This document shows positions 13,853 through 26,468 of a stretch of DNA of 64,000 nucleotides, one piece after another. The position numbers were made by a program, and so were the translations under genes. The first letter of the stretch is position 1, and each line of letters begins with the position of its first letter. Origin of the DNA: Hemiscyllium ocellatum (taxonomy: Eukaryota); NCBI RefSeq assembly GCF_020745735.1, contig NC_083417.1, positions 64,356,001-64,420,000 on the forward strand. The letters run 5' to 3'. The notes below the pieces were generated by a model, which was not told where the DNA came from, searched no databases, and saw only the letters and a list, made by a program, of their open reading frames with translations.

Positions 13853-14152
13853 AGATTAGATTACCTATAGTGTGTTAACAAGCTCTTTGGCAAAACAAGT
13901 CCACGCCGACCCTCCAAAGAGTAACATACCCGCTCTGACTAATGCACCTGACACTATGGACAATTTAGCATGGTCAATTCACGTGACTTGCACGTTTTCA
14001 GAACGTGGGAGGAAACGGGAGAACCCGGAGGAAACCCAAACAGACACCGGGGGAATGTGGAAACATAACACAGATAGTCACCCAAGGCTGCAACTGAACT
14101 CGGGAGCGTAGTACAGTGAGGCAACAGTGCTGACCACTGAGCCACTGTGCGG
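13853..14152 (-). mobile_element. Older HE1/V-SINE
   Basis: Diverged SINE head, V-domain and tail. Confidence 0.75.
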
Positions 14153-14174
14153 CCCCATGGAGCTATAGCTGATT

Positions 14175-15153
14175 GGGGTGCTGGGTCCACTGCATTTTGT
14201 CATTTATATAAATGATTTGTATGTGAACATAGGAGGAATAGTTAGTGGGTTTGCAGATGGCGCCAAAATTTGTGGTGCGTTGGAGAGCTAAAAAAGTTAA
14301 CTCAAATGATCAGGTGGGCTGATGGGCCAAGGAATGGTAGATGGTGTTTAATTTAGATAAAAGTGAGGTGCTGCATTTTGGAAATACAAATCAGGGCAGG
14401 ACGTATGTACTTAATGTTAAGGTCCTGAAGAATGTTGCTAAACAAAGAGACCTTGGAGTGCAGTTTCATAGTTCTTTGAAAGTGGAGTTGCAGATATACA
14501 GATTAGTGAAGAAAGTGTTTGGCATGCTTGCCTTTACTGATCAGTGCACTGAGTATTGGAGCTGGGAGGTCATGTTCCAGCTGTACAGGACATTAATTAG
14601 GACACCCTTTTGAAATATTTCATTCAGTTCTGGTCTCCCTGATAAAGGAAGGATGTTGTGAAACTTGAAAGGGTGCACAAAAGATGTGCATAAAGATTTT
14701 GCTAGAGTTGGCGAGTTTGAGCTGGAGGGAGAAGCTGAATTGACTGAGGCTATTTTCCCTGAAGCATCGGATGATGAGGGGTGACCTTATCGAAGTATTT
14801 AAAATTATGAGGGGCATGGATAAGGTGAATAGCCAAGGTCATTGCCAAAGGGTATGGGAGTCCAAAACTAAAGGACACAGTCCAAAATTGAGGTGGAGGG
14901 GAAAGATTTAAAAGGGGCTTAAGAGGCAACATTTTGACATTTTGACACAGAGGGCGGTGCGTGTGTGGAATGAGCTGCCAGAGGAAGTGGTGGAGGGTGG
15001 TAAAATTAAAAGACATCTGGATCGGTAAATGAATAGGATGGGTTGAGAGAGATATGGTTCAAATGCTGACAAATGAGACTAGATATCTGGTTGGCATGGG
15101 TGAGTTGGAACGAAGTGTCTGTTTCCATACTGTACATTTCTATGCCTCGATGA
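14175..15153 (+). mobile_element. CR1 LINE RT 3' half
   Basis: FNLDKSEVLHFGNTNQGR and DLGVQ motifs plus 3' end. Confidence 0.85.
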
Positions 15154-15769
15154 CATCTCAAGGAAGCATTCAGAAGATCACTGGGGGAGCATCAATCAAT
15201 ATTCATCACCTTTGGGAGCCAATACACATTGGCTTCCAAATCGTATGTCCTTTATACAATTAGCAACAAGTCCTGCCTAGCCGAAGTTAATCAGAATTGA
15301 ATTGATCATGCTGTGAGTTATGGCCTGAAAGAGTTGATAAACATCAGCTTTTGGCCATGGAGGCACAAATGAGAAAATGTTTGAAATTATCCTGCTTCCA
15401 CTGGGAATGGAATGCCCTCAAGGCATTGGAGAGAGACTGAGAAACCAAGGGTCATTCTGTGACTTAAATTCACTGCCCTGATTTGATATGTATCATTTAT
15501 AATATAAATTAAATTTCCTGTTTACTGAACAAGATTGTCTCCTGTTGCCTAATTGGTTACAATCTCAAATGAACGTATTAATATTGAGTATAAGACCCAT
15601 AAAATGTGTAAAACTGCACAATCTGATATTATAAAGACAGAATGCAAACATCAGGTTTGTGCAACGAATCATATTGCCAGGCCAACAGCGGTATCAAGGT
15701 GGGGAAGGCTAAGGTTTGTGGGCTTTTTGAGAACCAGCCAGTGACTCAGACAATGCATATGAATGATTT

Positions 15770-15955
15770 AGAGATGTCAGTGTTGGACTGGGGTGTACAA
15801 AGTTAAAAATCACACAACACCAGGTTATAGTCCAACAGGTTTAATTGGAAGCATACTAGCTTTCGGAGTGACATTCCTTCATCAGGTGATGAATGCTCGT
15901 GTGCTTCCAATTAAACCTGTTGGACTATAACCTGGGGTTGTGTGATTTTTAAATA
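15770..15955. mobile_element. Penelope-like terminal-repeat fragment in inverted (hairpin) configuration
   Basis: Arms 15803-15853 and 15902-15952 are near-perfect reverse complements. Confidence 0.8.
15857..15885 (-). ncRNA. Minimal hammerhead-ribozyme motif
   Basis: CUGAUGA-A-GGAAU-GUC-ACUCC-GAAAGCUA, with one mismatch in helix II and a palindromic AGCU helix III. Confidence 0.6.
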
Positions 15956-16614
15956 TATATGAAGTGAGAGTAGACAACGGGTATAGCAAAGGAGTATGAA
16001 CATGCTTACAGAAAGTTTGGGTGCAGGGCACTGAGTTCTGTGTAAAGAAAAATGTTGTGTTTATCCATAGATGTTAGAATTTGATAAAGTTAAAAGCTGA
16101 TAGGTTGTTGAGTCTTTTGGCTTATGGAGCATACCTTCATGCTCAGAAAGCTTATGACTTTAAGAAAAAGAATCAGGAAGCGATGGAGATGTTGAAAACG
16201 AATTGCAGCAATTGCAAAACGAATGAGAGATAAATAGTTTAAAGAGGCTGATTCATACTTTTTAATTCTGAGGAAAACAATCAGTTACTGTAATGCAGTA
16301 ACAGAGTGATTCCAATTTGCATGCTGAAACTGTTCTAGTTGAGATGTAGCAACATAAAACTTGCTGTGCAAAACAAGACAGATGAGAGTCTCCCACAAGG
16401 GCAAATGGTATCGCAGAAAAATAAGCTCACAGAGAAATGTATTATTTCTGTTTGAATTTAGGATGTTGGATTAAAGGGAAATTTAGCCGACAGCAGGACT
16501 TTTTCGCAGCCAAGACGAATGGAGGCAACGTCCTATATCACAAGAAGCATATTTTTAGTTGATGTTTCTGATTACAACTATAATTATTTCCGTACCTCTC
16601 ACAGCAACTATGGG

Positions 16615-17360
16615 AGTCATCCAGCCTTCCCCATACCTACCAGCCTTTCATTTCAACGGAATAGGAATATACATTCTCTGGATTCTCATTTTTGAAGGTT
16701 TCCCAATTTCCAGCCATCCCTTGACCTGCGAACATCTGCCTTCAAACAGCTTTTGGAAGTTCTTGCCTAACACTGTCAAAATTGGCCATTCTAAAATTTA
16801 GAATTTCAACTTTTAGATCTGGTCTATCCTTTTCCATCCCTATTTTAAATCTAATAGAATTATGGTGGCTTGATCCAAAGTGCTCCCCCACTGACAACTC
16901 AGTCATCTGCCCTGCCTTATTTCAGAAGAGTAGGTCAAGTTTTGCACTCTCTCTAGCAGGTACACCAACATAATGAATCAGAAAATTTTCTTGTACACAC
17001 TTAACAAGTTCCTCTCCAACTAAACGCTTAACATTGTTGTAGTCGCCTACCATAGCTACCTTATTATTCATACAGATGGCTGAGCTCTCCTTACAAGTTT
17101 GTTTCTCAATTTCCCGCTGACTAATAGGGGGTCTATAATATAATCCCAATAAGGTGATCATCCCCTTCTTATTTCTCAGTTCCACCCAAATTACTTCCCC
17201 GGATGCATTTCCAGGAGTATCCTCCCACAACCCAACTGTAAAACGCTTTTCAATAACGCTAACCCCCACCCATCCTCTCTTGCCAGCGTTTCTATCCTAC
17301 CTGTAGCATTTATAACCTGGAACATTAAGCTACCAGTCCTGCCCATCCCTGAGGCATGTT
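16615..17360 (-). mobile_element. CR1 LINE endonuclease fragment
   Basis: WVELRNKKGMITLLGLYYRPP..MVGDYN. Confidence 0.85.
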
Positions 17361-17852
17361 AATAAAACCTGTAAAACCTTTATCCATGAACTCCAAATTG
17401 ATTTAGTCTTTTCCTCTCTGGCACCTTATCAAAGGCCTTCTGAAACTCCAAAAACACCAACACTTGTTGTCCTTCATGCATGCCACTATACAATCCTCAA
17501 AAAACTCCAACAGCTTTTTCAAACATGATATCACTATCATCGTTGCATTGTGACAATGTTCTATTTTAACATTATTTTCTAAGTATCCAAAAATGACAAA
17601 CAAATGTTTTAAATAGGAGAAGAAATCGACCATTCAGCTCTTTTGAACCATTAAATATTCAGTTTGTGTTTCAAATTCTGATTTCCGTATTACTCCCATT
17701 TCCCTTTAATTCTTCTGCCTAAAATCAATCCATCTATTTCTGTGTTAAAAATAGTCACTGATCTCACCTCCACCACCTTCAGATGAATATGAAATTCCAC
17801 AAACTTCTGAGACAAAGAAATTCCCTCATCTCTGGTTTGAAAAACAACTAGT

Positions 17853-18162
17853 GGGCGGCACGGTGGCACAGTGGTTAGCACTGCTGCCTCACAGCACCTG
17901 AGACCCGGTTCAATTCCCGACTCAGGTGACTGACTGTGTGGAGTTTGCACGTTCTCCCCGTGTCTGCATGGGTTTCCTCCGGGTGCTCCGGTTTCCTCCC
18001 ACAGTCCAAAGATGTGCGGGTCAGGTGAATTGGCCATGCTAAATTGCCCGTGGTGTTAGGTAAGGGGTAAATGTAGGGGTATGGGTGGGTTTCGCTTCGG
18101 CGGGTCGGTGTGGACTTGTTGGGCCGAAGGGCCTGTTTCCACACTGTAAGTCTAATCTAATC
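17853..18162 (+). mobile_element. HE1/V-SINE, young-looking
   Basis: Full-length with (TCTAA)n tail. Confidence 0.92.
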
Positions 18163-18559
18163 AAAAAAACTCCCAATTTTAAAGCAACATTGTTCGTTTT
18201 GGATTCTCTCACTTGGGGAAACATCCCTGCCATATTCAACTTATCAAGAAAATGTGTGATCTATCCACCAAATGATGTCTACAGTATCTCCTCTATCTAC
18301 AGCACGCATTACGCATTCAAAGAATTCTGGCAAACTAATTACTCATGAGTTCTCTTTGATATAACCATTCTGACTCTTCCTGATGGCCAAGAATTTCTAT
18401 TCACAACTGCAGAAGCTGATCATTGGCCTTATATGTCACCAAAGTATCTTGATGTGTGAAAAGGGGAATAAGAACAATTGCTGCCTAATGACACACAGTA
18501 AATTTGAGTGCACTTTTCCATACTTCACACAAAGGAAGTTTCCAAGCTGAAGGCTGTTT

Positions 18560-19020
18560 GGAAAGTTTAACTGTCATATATTTTTGAGACAAGCTGCAAA
18601 AAAGGTTAAACCGGTACTAAAGCATCATTTTGAGTTTGCCATCATCTGGAAAATCAGAAGAAATTTAAAAATTAATGCCTGTTTCACTGACTCTTTAGTC
18701 AAAGAGTTTTAGAACAAATAATAATAATGGCAACCTACAGCATATCACTTGGTGTTTCCGCAATAGCAAGACAAGTGGAATATTTGTCGACAGACATCAA
18801 TCGGCACCTCCAGAAGGACCTGAAGGACTGTAAATACTTCACATTACAATTCCATGAATTCATCATTATGACGGATTTATATCAACTCATCGCTGTTTTG
18901 CACATGGTTTTTAAAGACATAAAAAGTAAAGATGATATTCTCAATATTTTGCCCAATGGAGAGAGAATAAGGAATGAGAATATTGATAACAAATTCAGAA
19001 AGTACAAGCTTGAGAAAATC
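18560..19020 (+). mobile_element. hAT-family (GTF2IRD2/Charlie-like, DUF4371-type) transposase remnant
   Basis: ORF 18727-19059: SLGVSAIARQVEYLSTDI..LKDCKYFTLQFHEF..TDLYQL..MVFKDIKSKDDILNILP..IRNENI resembles the hAT pattern 'LS..TV.RRV...FSLQ.DESTD....QL..F.RMVF.D...KEELL.ILP...TRGEDI'. Truncated by a CR1 at about 19050. Confidence 0.75.
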
Positions 19021-19049
19021 ATTGAGGGCATAGGGCAGAGTGATGGTGG

Positions 19050-19390
19050 TTGTGTATAGGGCTCTTCCGTAAGGCATTTAACATGGTTCCTCACAGTACA
19101 CTAGTTAGCAAGATTACTTCACATGGAACTCAGGGACAGCTAGACATGCGAATACACAATTGGCTTGAAGATAGAAGACAAAGGGTCATGGTGGAGTATT
19201 ATTTTTCAGACTGGAGACCTGCGAGCAGTTGTGTGCTGCAAGGGTTAGTGTTGGGTTTATTGCATTTTATTATTAAATAAATGATTTGGATGTGAATATA
19301 AAGTAATGATCAGTAAGTTTGCAGATGACACTGAAATTACTGGTATAGTGGACAGTGAAAAAGGTTATAGTGGACAGTGAAGAAGATTAT
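19050..19390 (+). mobile_element. CR1 RT fragment
   Basis: KAFNMVPH..LQGLVLG..FADDT. Confidence 0.8.
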
Positions 19391-19789
19391 CTCCTTTTTG
19401 AAAGATGTTGAAATGCTAGGAGCAAAATCAGAAAGCAAAACGTCCATATAATATTATCAAAACCAAACAACTGTGAATGTTGGAATTTCGAAACAAAAAC
19501 ATAAATTGCTGGAAAAAGCAGCGATTTACCTGCACTTCACTCAATCTATTCAATTGTATTCATTGCTCACAATGTCTAACAATGTGGCATATTGGTGGCG
19601 AATCGATAACTGCCATCCATGATTCATTACAATGCTCTTTGTTGTTACCACTCAAACTGAATCCACTTCAGGACGCATTTCATTGGAAATCTCACCAGTC
19701 ACTATCACTCTGATATTTGCCTTTATTAAAACTGCCTCATCTCCTTTTCTAAATTGTCTATTCTTCGAGAACATTGAATAGCCTTGAAT

Positions 19790-21760
19790 TTAAAAACACA
19801 CAACACCAGGTTATAATCCAAGAAGTTTATTTGTTCTTCATCTGGCAGTTTTGTAGAAGGACCATAAGACTCAGAAAGCATGGCAAAAGGTTACAATGTA
19901 ATGCAACTGAAATGACATCTTGAACACACTGAGATTGCTGTTTAGTCTTTCAACTTTTAGAATGGGTTGCAGGCTTCGCTTCATTAGCAAGTAACTCCCA
20001 AAGCTTCTTATAGGTTAAGTTCACGACATAGCTTAAGGTTTTATTTTTAAAAACGTGACATCTCAGCTCAGACAATGCATTAAGGGTGTAACGTTAGAGT
20101 CTGTCTGTATCCTAATGTTGAATCAGATTAGTTCTAACTTATGAGATATACGGCATTGGCCAAGTCACAAGAGTACCTGCTGCATACATGACAGATGGTG
20201 TCCCCACATGTAATGGTAGTATCTGTGTCGACATTCTGACACTTTGGCAGTGGTTGCCATGACAGAGTATTACGGTGTTGTGGTCGATGTTGTTCGGAAA
20301 ACTGGGCAGCTTGCTACACACAATTATCTGCTTTAGGTTTAGGGGTTATTTAAGGTGTGAATTGGAGGCAAAAGCGAAGGTTTGAGCGAGGTGCTCATCC
20401 TCATCGATAATGTTTTGCAGGCTGTGAAGAACATGGTGTACTTTTCCCCCTTCTGGGAACTATTGGACAACGAAGGGTACCCTGTCAGTTGCATCCCATG
20501 ACTGTCTCTTGAGGAGGTCATTACAGTTTCTCACTGTGGCACGTCAGAACTAGCGATCAATGAGTTGAGCATCTGTTCTTATGAGGGTACCCGTGAGCAT
20601 CTTCAGGTATCTGCCATGCTTCTCCTCATCTGAGCAGATCCTGTGTACCCATCGGGCTTGTCCATAGAGGATGGTTGTTTGAATAGGGTGAATAGCTTCT
20701 AGGGTGGAAGCTAGAGAAGTGTAATATCGTGAGGCTATCCATGAGTTTGCAGTAGAATGAGATGCTGAGGTGCCCACCTGTGATGGAGATGCATGTATCC
20801 AAGAATGACACTCATATTGAAGAGTAGTCCTTGGGAACTCTGATGGTGGAATTAAACTCGTTGATATCACTGTGAAGTTGTTTCTGTGATACCTTGTCAT
20901 GGGTTCAGGGGATGTCATTATCGTATCAGTCAATGGAATCCAGTCTGACTATGTCAAAGGCAACTTGAAATCCATTGTACAGGGGACTCCAGCTCCAATT
21001 GCTACACTACAAATTTGTAACAGAAACTCAGCACCCACAGAGTAGTGGAACCAGGAGCTTTGTGAGAGTGTGTCANNNNNNNNNNNNNNNNNNNNNNNNN
21101 NNNNNNNNNNNNNNNNNNNNNNNNNNNNNNNNNNNNNNNNNNNNNNNNNNNNNNNNNNNNNNNNNNNNNNNNNNNNNNNNNNNNNNNNNNNNNNNNNNNN
21201 NNNNNNNNNNNNNNNNNNNGCACGCACATATAATTCTACATGATGAAGTTGCATTTGCAAAATTATATTTGCAGGTACATTCCATTTTGCTCAAAGAATG
21301 CACAAATTGCATATAATCAATGGAGGCAGTCAATCTAGAACATATTTTGGAAATGGGACCAGTCCGATTCAAGATTGGGATACAGACATATCTTTATACC
21401 TTTAATGAATCGTCTGAGTTGAGATATCACCTTTAAAAAAAATTTAAGATATCCCAAGAATTTAACTTAAAAGAAGTTCTCGGATTTACATATATATGAA
21501 CTGAAACCTGGAACTATTCAAAAAGATGAAAGACTTAAATGCAATCTGGATTTGTTCAAGATATCATTTTAGTTGCATTACAATGCAACCTTTAGTTATA
21601 AATTCTGAATCTTATGGTCTTGCTCCACAATTACCGGATGAAGGAGCAGTGCCCTGAAAGCTAGTGCTTCCAAATACTGATAAACCTGTTGGATATAACC
21701 TGGTGTTGCGTGATTTTTTAACTTTGTCCACCCCAGTACAATACTGGCTCCTCCACATCA
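19790..21760. mobile_element. Penelope-like element: RT C-terminus/linker on minus (about 20140-20945) with oppositely oriented terminal repeats (19790-20140 minus; 21220-21760 plus)
   Basis: SFLDTCISITGGHLS..SSFHP..YGQA..RICSDEE motifs. The terminal repeats match other PLE LTR pieces in the window. Spans an assembly gap. Confidence 0.8.
21076..21219. other. Assembly gap (N run)
   Basis: Run of N. Confidence 1.
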
Positions 21761-21994
21761 TAGCCATGAATTTGGATTTGTCAAACTTGGACACTCTGCA
21801 AGCCCATCCCTGTCATGGCTATCAGCTCATTTTCTGCTTTCAACTTTTTTCTCTTGTTAGTTTAGCTTTATGTTAACCTGCCTGCCTGTCAGATTCATCA
21901 GCTATGGTAAAGTCCTCGCCAGAACTAAATAAGGTACTCATGTGTGAGTTCAAATTGGAATATGACTTCAAGTTGAAGGTCCATTATCTGCTCT

Positions 21995-22740
21995 CATGCT
22001 ATTTGACTTTATCGAGGCATGTTGTCTGTTCCCAGTCTATTTGAATTTTTCTTATTGCTGAAGCCCTCCAACCCTGGCAACATCCCTGTGAATCTTTTCT
22101 GAACCATTTCACGTTTAACAAAGCTTTTCCTACAACATGGAGACCAGAACTCAGGATAGTGTTCAACGATGCCAAACTAATGTCCCCTACCTTCCAACTC
22201 CTATTCTCAATGAATTGACCAATAAATGCATGTGTACTAAACGCCTTCTTCACTATCCTGTCTACCTGTGACTCCACGTTCAGGGAGCTACGAATCTGTG
22301 CTCCAAGTTCACTTTTTTACGAAATATTCTACCAATGCCTTACCATTAAGTATTTAGATCCTTCCTTGATTTGCCATGACAAAAGAGCGTAGCTCACATT
22401 TATCAAGATTAAACTCCATCTGCCACACATCAGTTCATCGAGCCAGCTGATTAAGACCTATTTGTACTCTAAAGTAACCTTCTTGGCTGTCCACTACACC
22501 ATCAATTTTGGTGTCGTCTTCAAATTTACTAACTATGTCTTCTATATTCATATCCAAATCGTTTATAGGGATGCAGAAAAACATTGGGCCCAACACCAAT
22601 CACTGTGGCACAAAGCTAGTCGCAGGCCTCCAGTCTGAAATGAAAGCCTTCACCAGCACCATCTGTCTCCTACCTTCCAGCCTATTTTGTGTCCTAATGG
22701 CTAGTTCTTCGTGTATTCCATGTGTTATAACTTTGTTACT
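21995..22740 (-). mobile_element. CR1 RT fragments
   Basis: ESQVDRIVKKAFS..; FEDDTKIDG-like remnant. Confidence 0.8.
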
Positions 22741-22759
22741 CAAGGTTGGCATGAATATT

Positions 22760-23205
22760 TGTAGCTCAGGTGCTGTTTATTGTGGTTGTGGATATGTTGA
22801 CCAAGCTGGGAAGTTAATTTGCAAATGTTTCGTCCCCTGTCTCGCTGACATCTTCAGTGTTTTGGAGCCTCCTGTGAAGCACTGCTGTATTGTGTCTTCC
22901 GAATTTATTTGATTCCATTCCTACTGTTTCCGGTTGCTGGTTCCTTTCATTTGTTGACGTGGCCGGTTTATTTTGTCCGGAACTATGTGTTGATGGTGTC
23001 TGTGAATGAGTTCCATGATTCCAGAAAATCTCTGGTTGTCCTCTATTTAGCTTGTCCTATGGTCGTTGTGTTGTCCCAGTCGAATGGGTGGTACTTGTCC
23101 TCTGTGTGTATGGCTACGAGGGACAGATGGTCATGGCATTTAGTGGCTAGTTGGTGTTCTTGATTGTGAATTGCAAGCTGTCTGTCTCTTTGTGTTAGAT
23201 AGTGC
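22760..23205 (-). mobile_element. Penelope-like element (second subfamily), GIY-YIG C-terminus and terminal repeat
   Basis: Minus-strand ..HNQEHQLATKCHDHLSLVAIHTEDKYHPFDWDNTT..DFLESW; degenerate hammerhead-like core at 22824-22857. Confidence 0.75.
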
Positions 23206-26200
23206 TTCAGGCAATCGTTTCATGTAGTGTTGTAAATTATGTTCGTCTTGTAGATGATGGACATTGGGTCTTTTGTTCTGGTGAATTGAGGATAGAGCAG
23301 ATTAATGCATGGCTGGGAAGCTGTTGCATGGGAGAAGGATTCACATTTTTGGATCATTGGAATCTCTTTTGGGATAGAAGTGACCTGTACAAGAAGGACG
23401 GATTGCTCCTAAATTGGAAGAGGACTAATATGCTGGCAGGGAAATTTGCTAGAACTGCGTGGGAGGAATTAAACTGTTCAGGTGGGTTGGGGGGGGGGGG
23501 CGGGGTGAGACCTAGGGAGATAGTGAGGAAAGAGATTGATCTGAGACGGGTACAGCTGAGAACAGAAGTGAGTCAAAAACTCAGGGCAGGCAGGGACAAG
23601 GTAGGATTAATAAATTAAACTGCATTTGTTTCAATGCTAGGGACGTCACAGGGAAGGCAGATGAACTCAGGGCATAGTTAGCAACATGGGACTGGGATAT
23701 CATAGCAATTATGTAAACATGGCTCAGGGTTGGGCAGGACTGGCAGCTTAATGTTCTGGGATACAAATGCTAGGAAGGATACAAAGGGAGGCAAGAGAGG
23801 AGGGGGAGTGGCATTTTTGAAAAGGGATAGCATTACAGCGGTGCTGAGGGAGGATATTCCCGGAAATACATCCAGGGAAGTTATTTGGGCGGAACTGAGA
23901 ATTAATAAAGGGATGATCTCCTTTTTGAGATTGTATTATAAAGCCCCCAATAGTCAGAGGGAAATTGAGAAACAAACTTGTAAGGAGATCTCGGCTATCT
24001 GTAAGAATAATACGGTAGTTATGGTAGGGGATTTTAACATTCAAAACATCGATTGAGACTGCCATATTGTTAAGGGTTTAGATGGAGAGGAATTTCTTAA
24101 GTGTGTATAAGACAATTTCCTTATTCAGTATGCGGATCTACCTACGAGAGAAGGTGCAAAACTCGACTTACTCTTGGGAAATAAGGCAGGGCAGGTGACT
24201 GAGGTGTCAATGTGGGAGCACTTTGGGGCCAGCGACCTTAATTCTATCCGTTTTAAAATAGTGATGGAAAAGAATACACCAGATCTAAAAGTTGAAGTTC
24301 TAAATTGGAGAAAGTCCAATTTCGATGGTATTACACAAGAACTTTTGAAAACCGATTGGACGTAGATGTTCACAGGTAAAGGGCCAGCTGGAAAATGGGA
24401 AGCCTTCAGAAATGAGATAACAAAATTCCTGAGAAAGTATATTCCTGTCAGGGTGAAAAGGAAGGCTGGTAGGTATAGGGAATGCTGGATGACTAAAGAA
24501 ATTGAGGGTTTGTTTAAGAAAACAAAGGAAGCATACGTCAAGTATAGACAGGATAGATCGAGTGAATCCTTAGAAGGATAAAGAGGAAGGAGGAGTAAAT
24601 TTCAGAGGGAAATTAGGAGGGCAAAACGGGGACATGAGATAGGTTTGGTAAATAGAATTAAGGAGAATCTAAAGGGTTTTTACAAATATATTAAGAACAA
24701 AAGGGTAACTAGGGAGAGAATAGGTCCCCTCAAAGATCAGCAAGGCAGCCTTTGTGTGGAGCCACAGAAAATGGGGGAGATATTAAATGAGTATTTTGCA
24801 TCAGTATTTACTGTGGAAAAGGATATAGACTGTAGGGAAATAGATGGCGACATCTTGAAAAATGTCCATATTACAGCGGAGAAAGTGCTGGATGTCTTGA
24901 AATGGTTAAAAGTGGATAAATCCCCAGGACCTGATCAGGTGTACCAGAGAACTCTGTGGGAAGTAAGAGAAGTGATTACTGGGCCTCTTACTGAGATATT
25001 TGTATCATTGACAGTCACACGTGAGATACGGGAAGACTAAAGGTTGGCACTGTTTAAGAAGGGTGGTAAAGACAAGCCAAGGAACTATAGACTGGTGAGC
25101 CTGATCTCGGTGATTAGCAAGTTGTTGGAGGGGATCCTGGGGGACATGATGTACACGTATTTGGAAAGGCAAGGACTGATTAGGGATAGTCAACATGGCT
25201 TTGTGTGTGGGAAATCATGTCTCATAAACTTGATTGAGGTTTTGAAGAAGTAACAAAGAGGATTGCTGAAGGCAGAGCAGTAGATGTGATCTGCATGGAC
25301 TTCAGTAATGTGTTTGACAGGGTTACCCATGGGAGACTGATTAGCAAGGTTAGACCACATGGAATATAGGGAGAACTAGCCATTTTGGATACAGAACTGG
25401 CTCAAAGGTAGACGACAGAGGGTGGTGGTGGAGGGTTGTTTTTTAGACTGGAGGCCTGTGATCAATGGAGTTCCACAAGGATCAGTGTAGGCTCCTCTAA
25501 TTTTTGTCATTTACATAACTGATTTGGATGTGAGCATAAGAGGTACAATTAGTAAGTTTGCAGCTAACACTAAAATTGGAGGTGTAGTGAACAGCGAAGA
25601 GGGTTACCTCAGATTACAACAGGATCAGGACGAGATGGGCCAATGGGCTGAGAAATGGCAAATAGAGTTGAATTCAGATCAATGCGAGGTGCTGCATTTT
25701 TGGGAAAGCAAATCCTATCAGGACTTATACACTTAATGGTAAGGTCCTAGGGGGTGTTGCTGAGCAAAGAGACCTTGGAGTGCAGGTTCATAGCTCCTTG
25801 AAAGTGGAGTCGTAGGTAGATAGGATAGTGAAGAAGGCGTTTGGTATGCTTTCCTTTATTGGTCAGTGTATTGAATACAGGAGTTGCGAGGTAGTGTTGC
25901 GGCTGTACAGCACATTGGTTTGGCCACTATTGGAATATTGCGTGCATTTCTGTTCTCCTTCCTGTTGGAAAAATGTTGTGAAACTTGAAAGGGTTCAGAA
26001 ATGATTTACAGATGCTGCCAGGGTTGGAAGATTTGAGCTTTAGGGAGAGGCTGAACAGGCCCGGGCTGTTTTCTCTGGAACATGGGAGGCTAAGGGGTGG
26101 CCTTACAGAAGTTAACTACATTATGAGGGGCGTGGATAGCATAAGTAGGCAAAGTCTTTTCCCTGGGGTCAGGCTGTCCAGAACTAGAGGGCATAGATTT

Positions 26201-26468
26201 AGGGTGAGAGGGAAAAGATATAAAAGAGACCAAAGGGGCATCTTTTTCACACAGTGGGTGAGACGGGTATGGAATGAGCTGCCAGAGGAAGGAGTAGAGG
26301 TTGGTACAATTGCAACATTTGAGAGGCATTTGGTTGGTGATATGAATTGGAAGGGTTTGGAGGGATATGGGCTGGGAGCTGGCATATTGGGTTGTGATAT
26401 CAAGACAGCACAGATGGGTTGGACCAAAGGGTCTGTTTCCATGCTATACATCTCTATGACTCTATGAA
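23205..26468 (+). mobile_element. Long CR1 LINE (ORF1 esterase end, near-complete ORF2, 3' tail), with stops and frameshifts
   Basis: GFTFLDHW..KKDGL (SGNH ORF1), CICFNAR, MVGDFN, KSPGPD, SQHGF, MDFS, FAANTK, TQWVRRVWNELPE and a (TCTATGAC) tail. Confidence 0.93.

Noticed and set aside
21635-21663. Further hammerhead-like cores (21635-21663, 11877-11907, 40857-40885, 41655-41685, 22824-22857)
   Set aside because: Catalytic core or helix II is mutated; counted as decayed PLE termini only.
23482-23505. Long G run, G-quadruplex-like
   Set aside because: Homopolymer expansion inside a CR1; also error-prone in sequencing.
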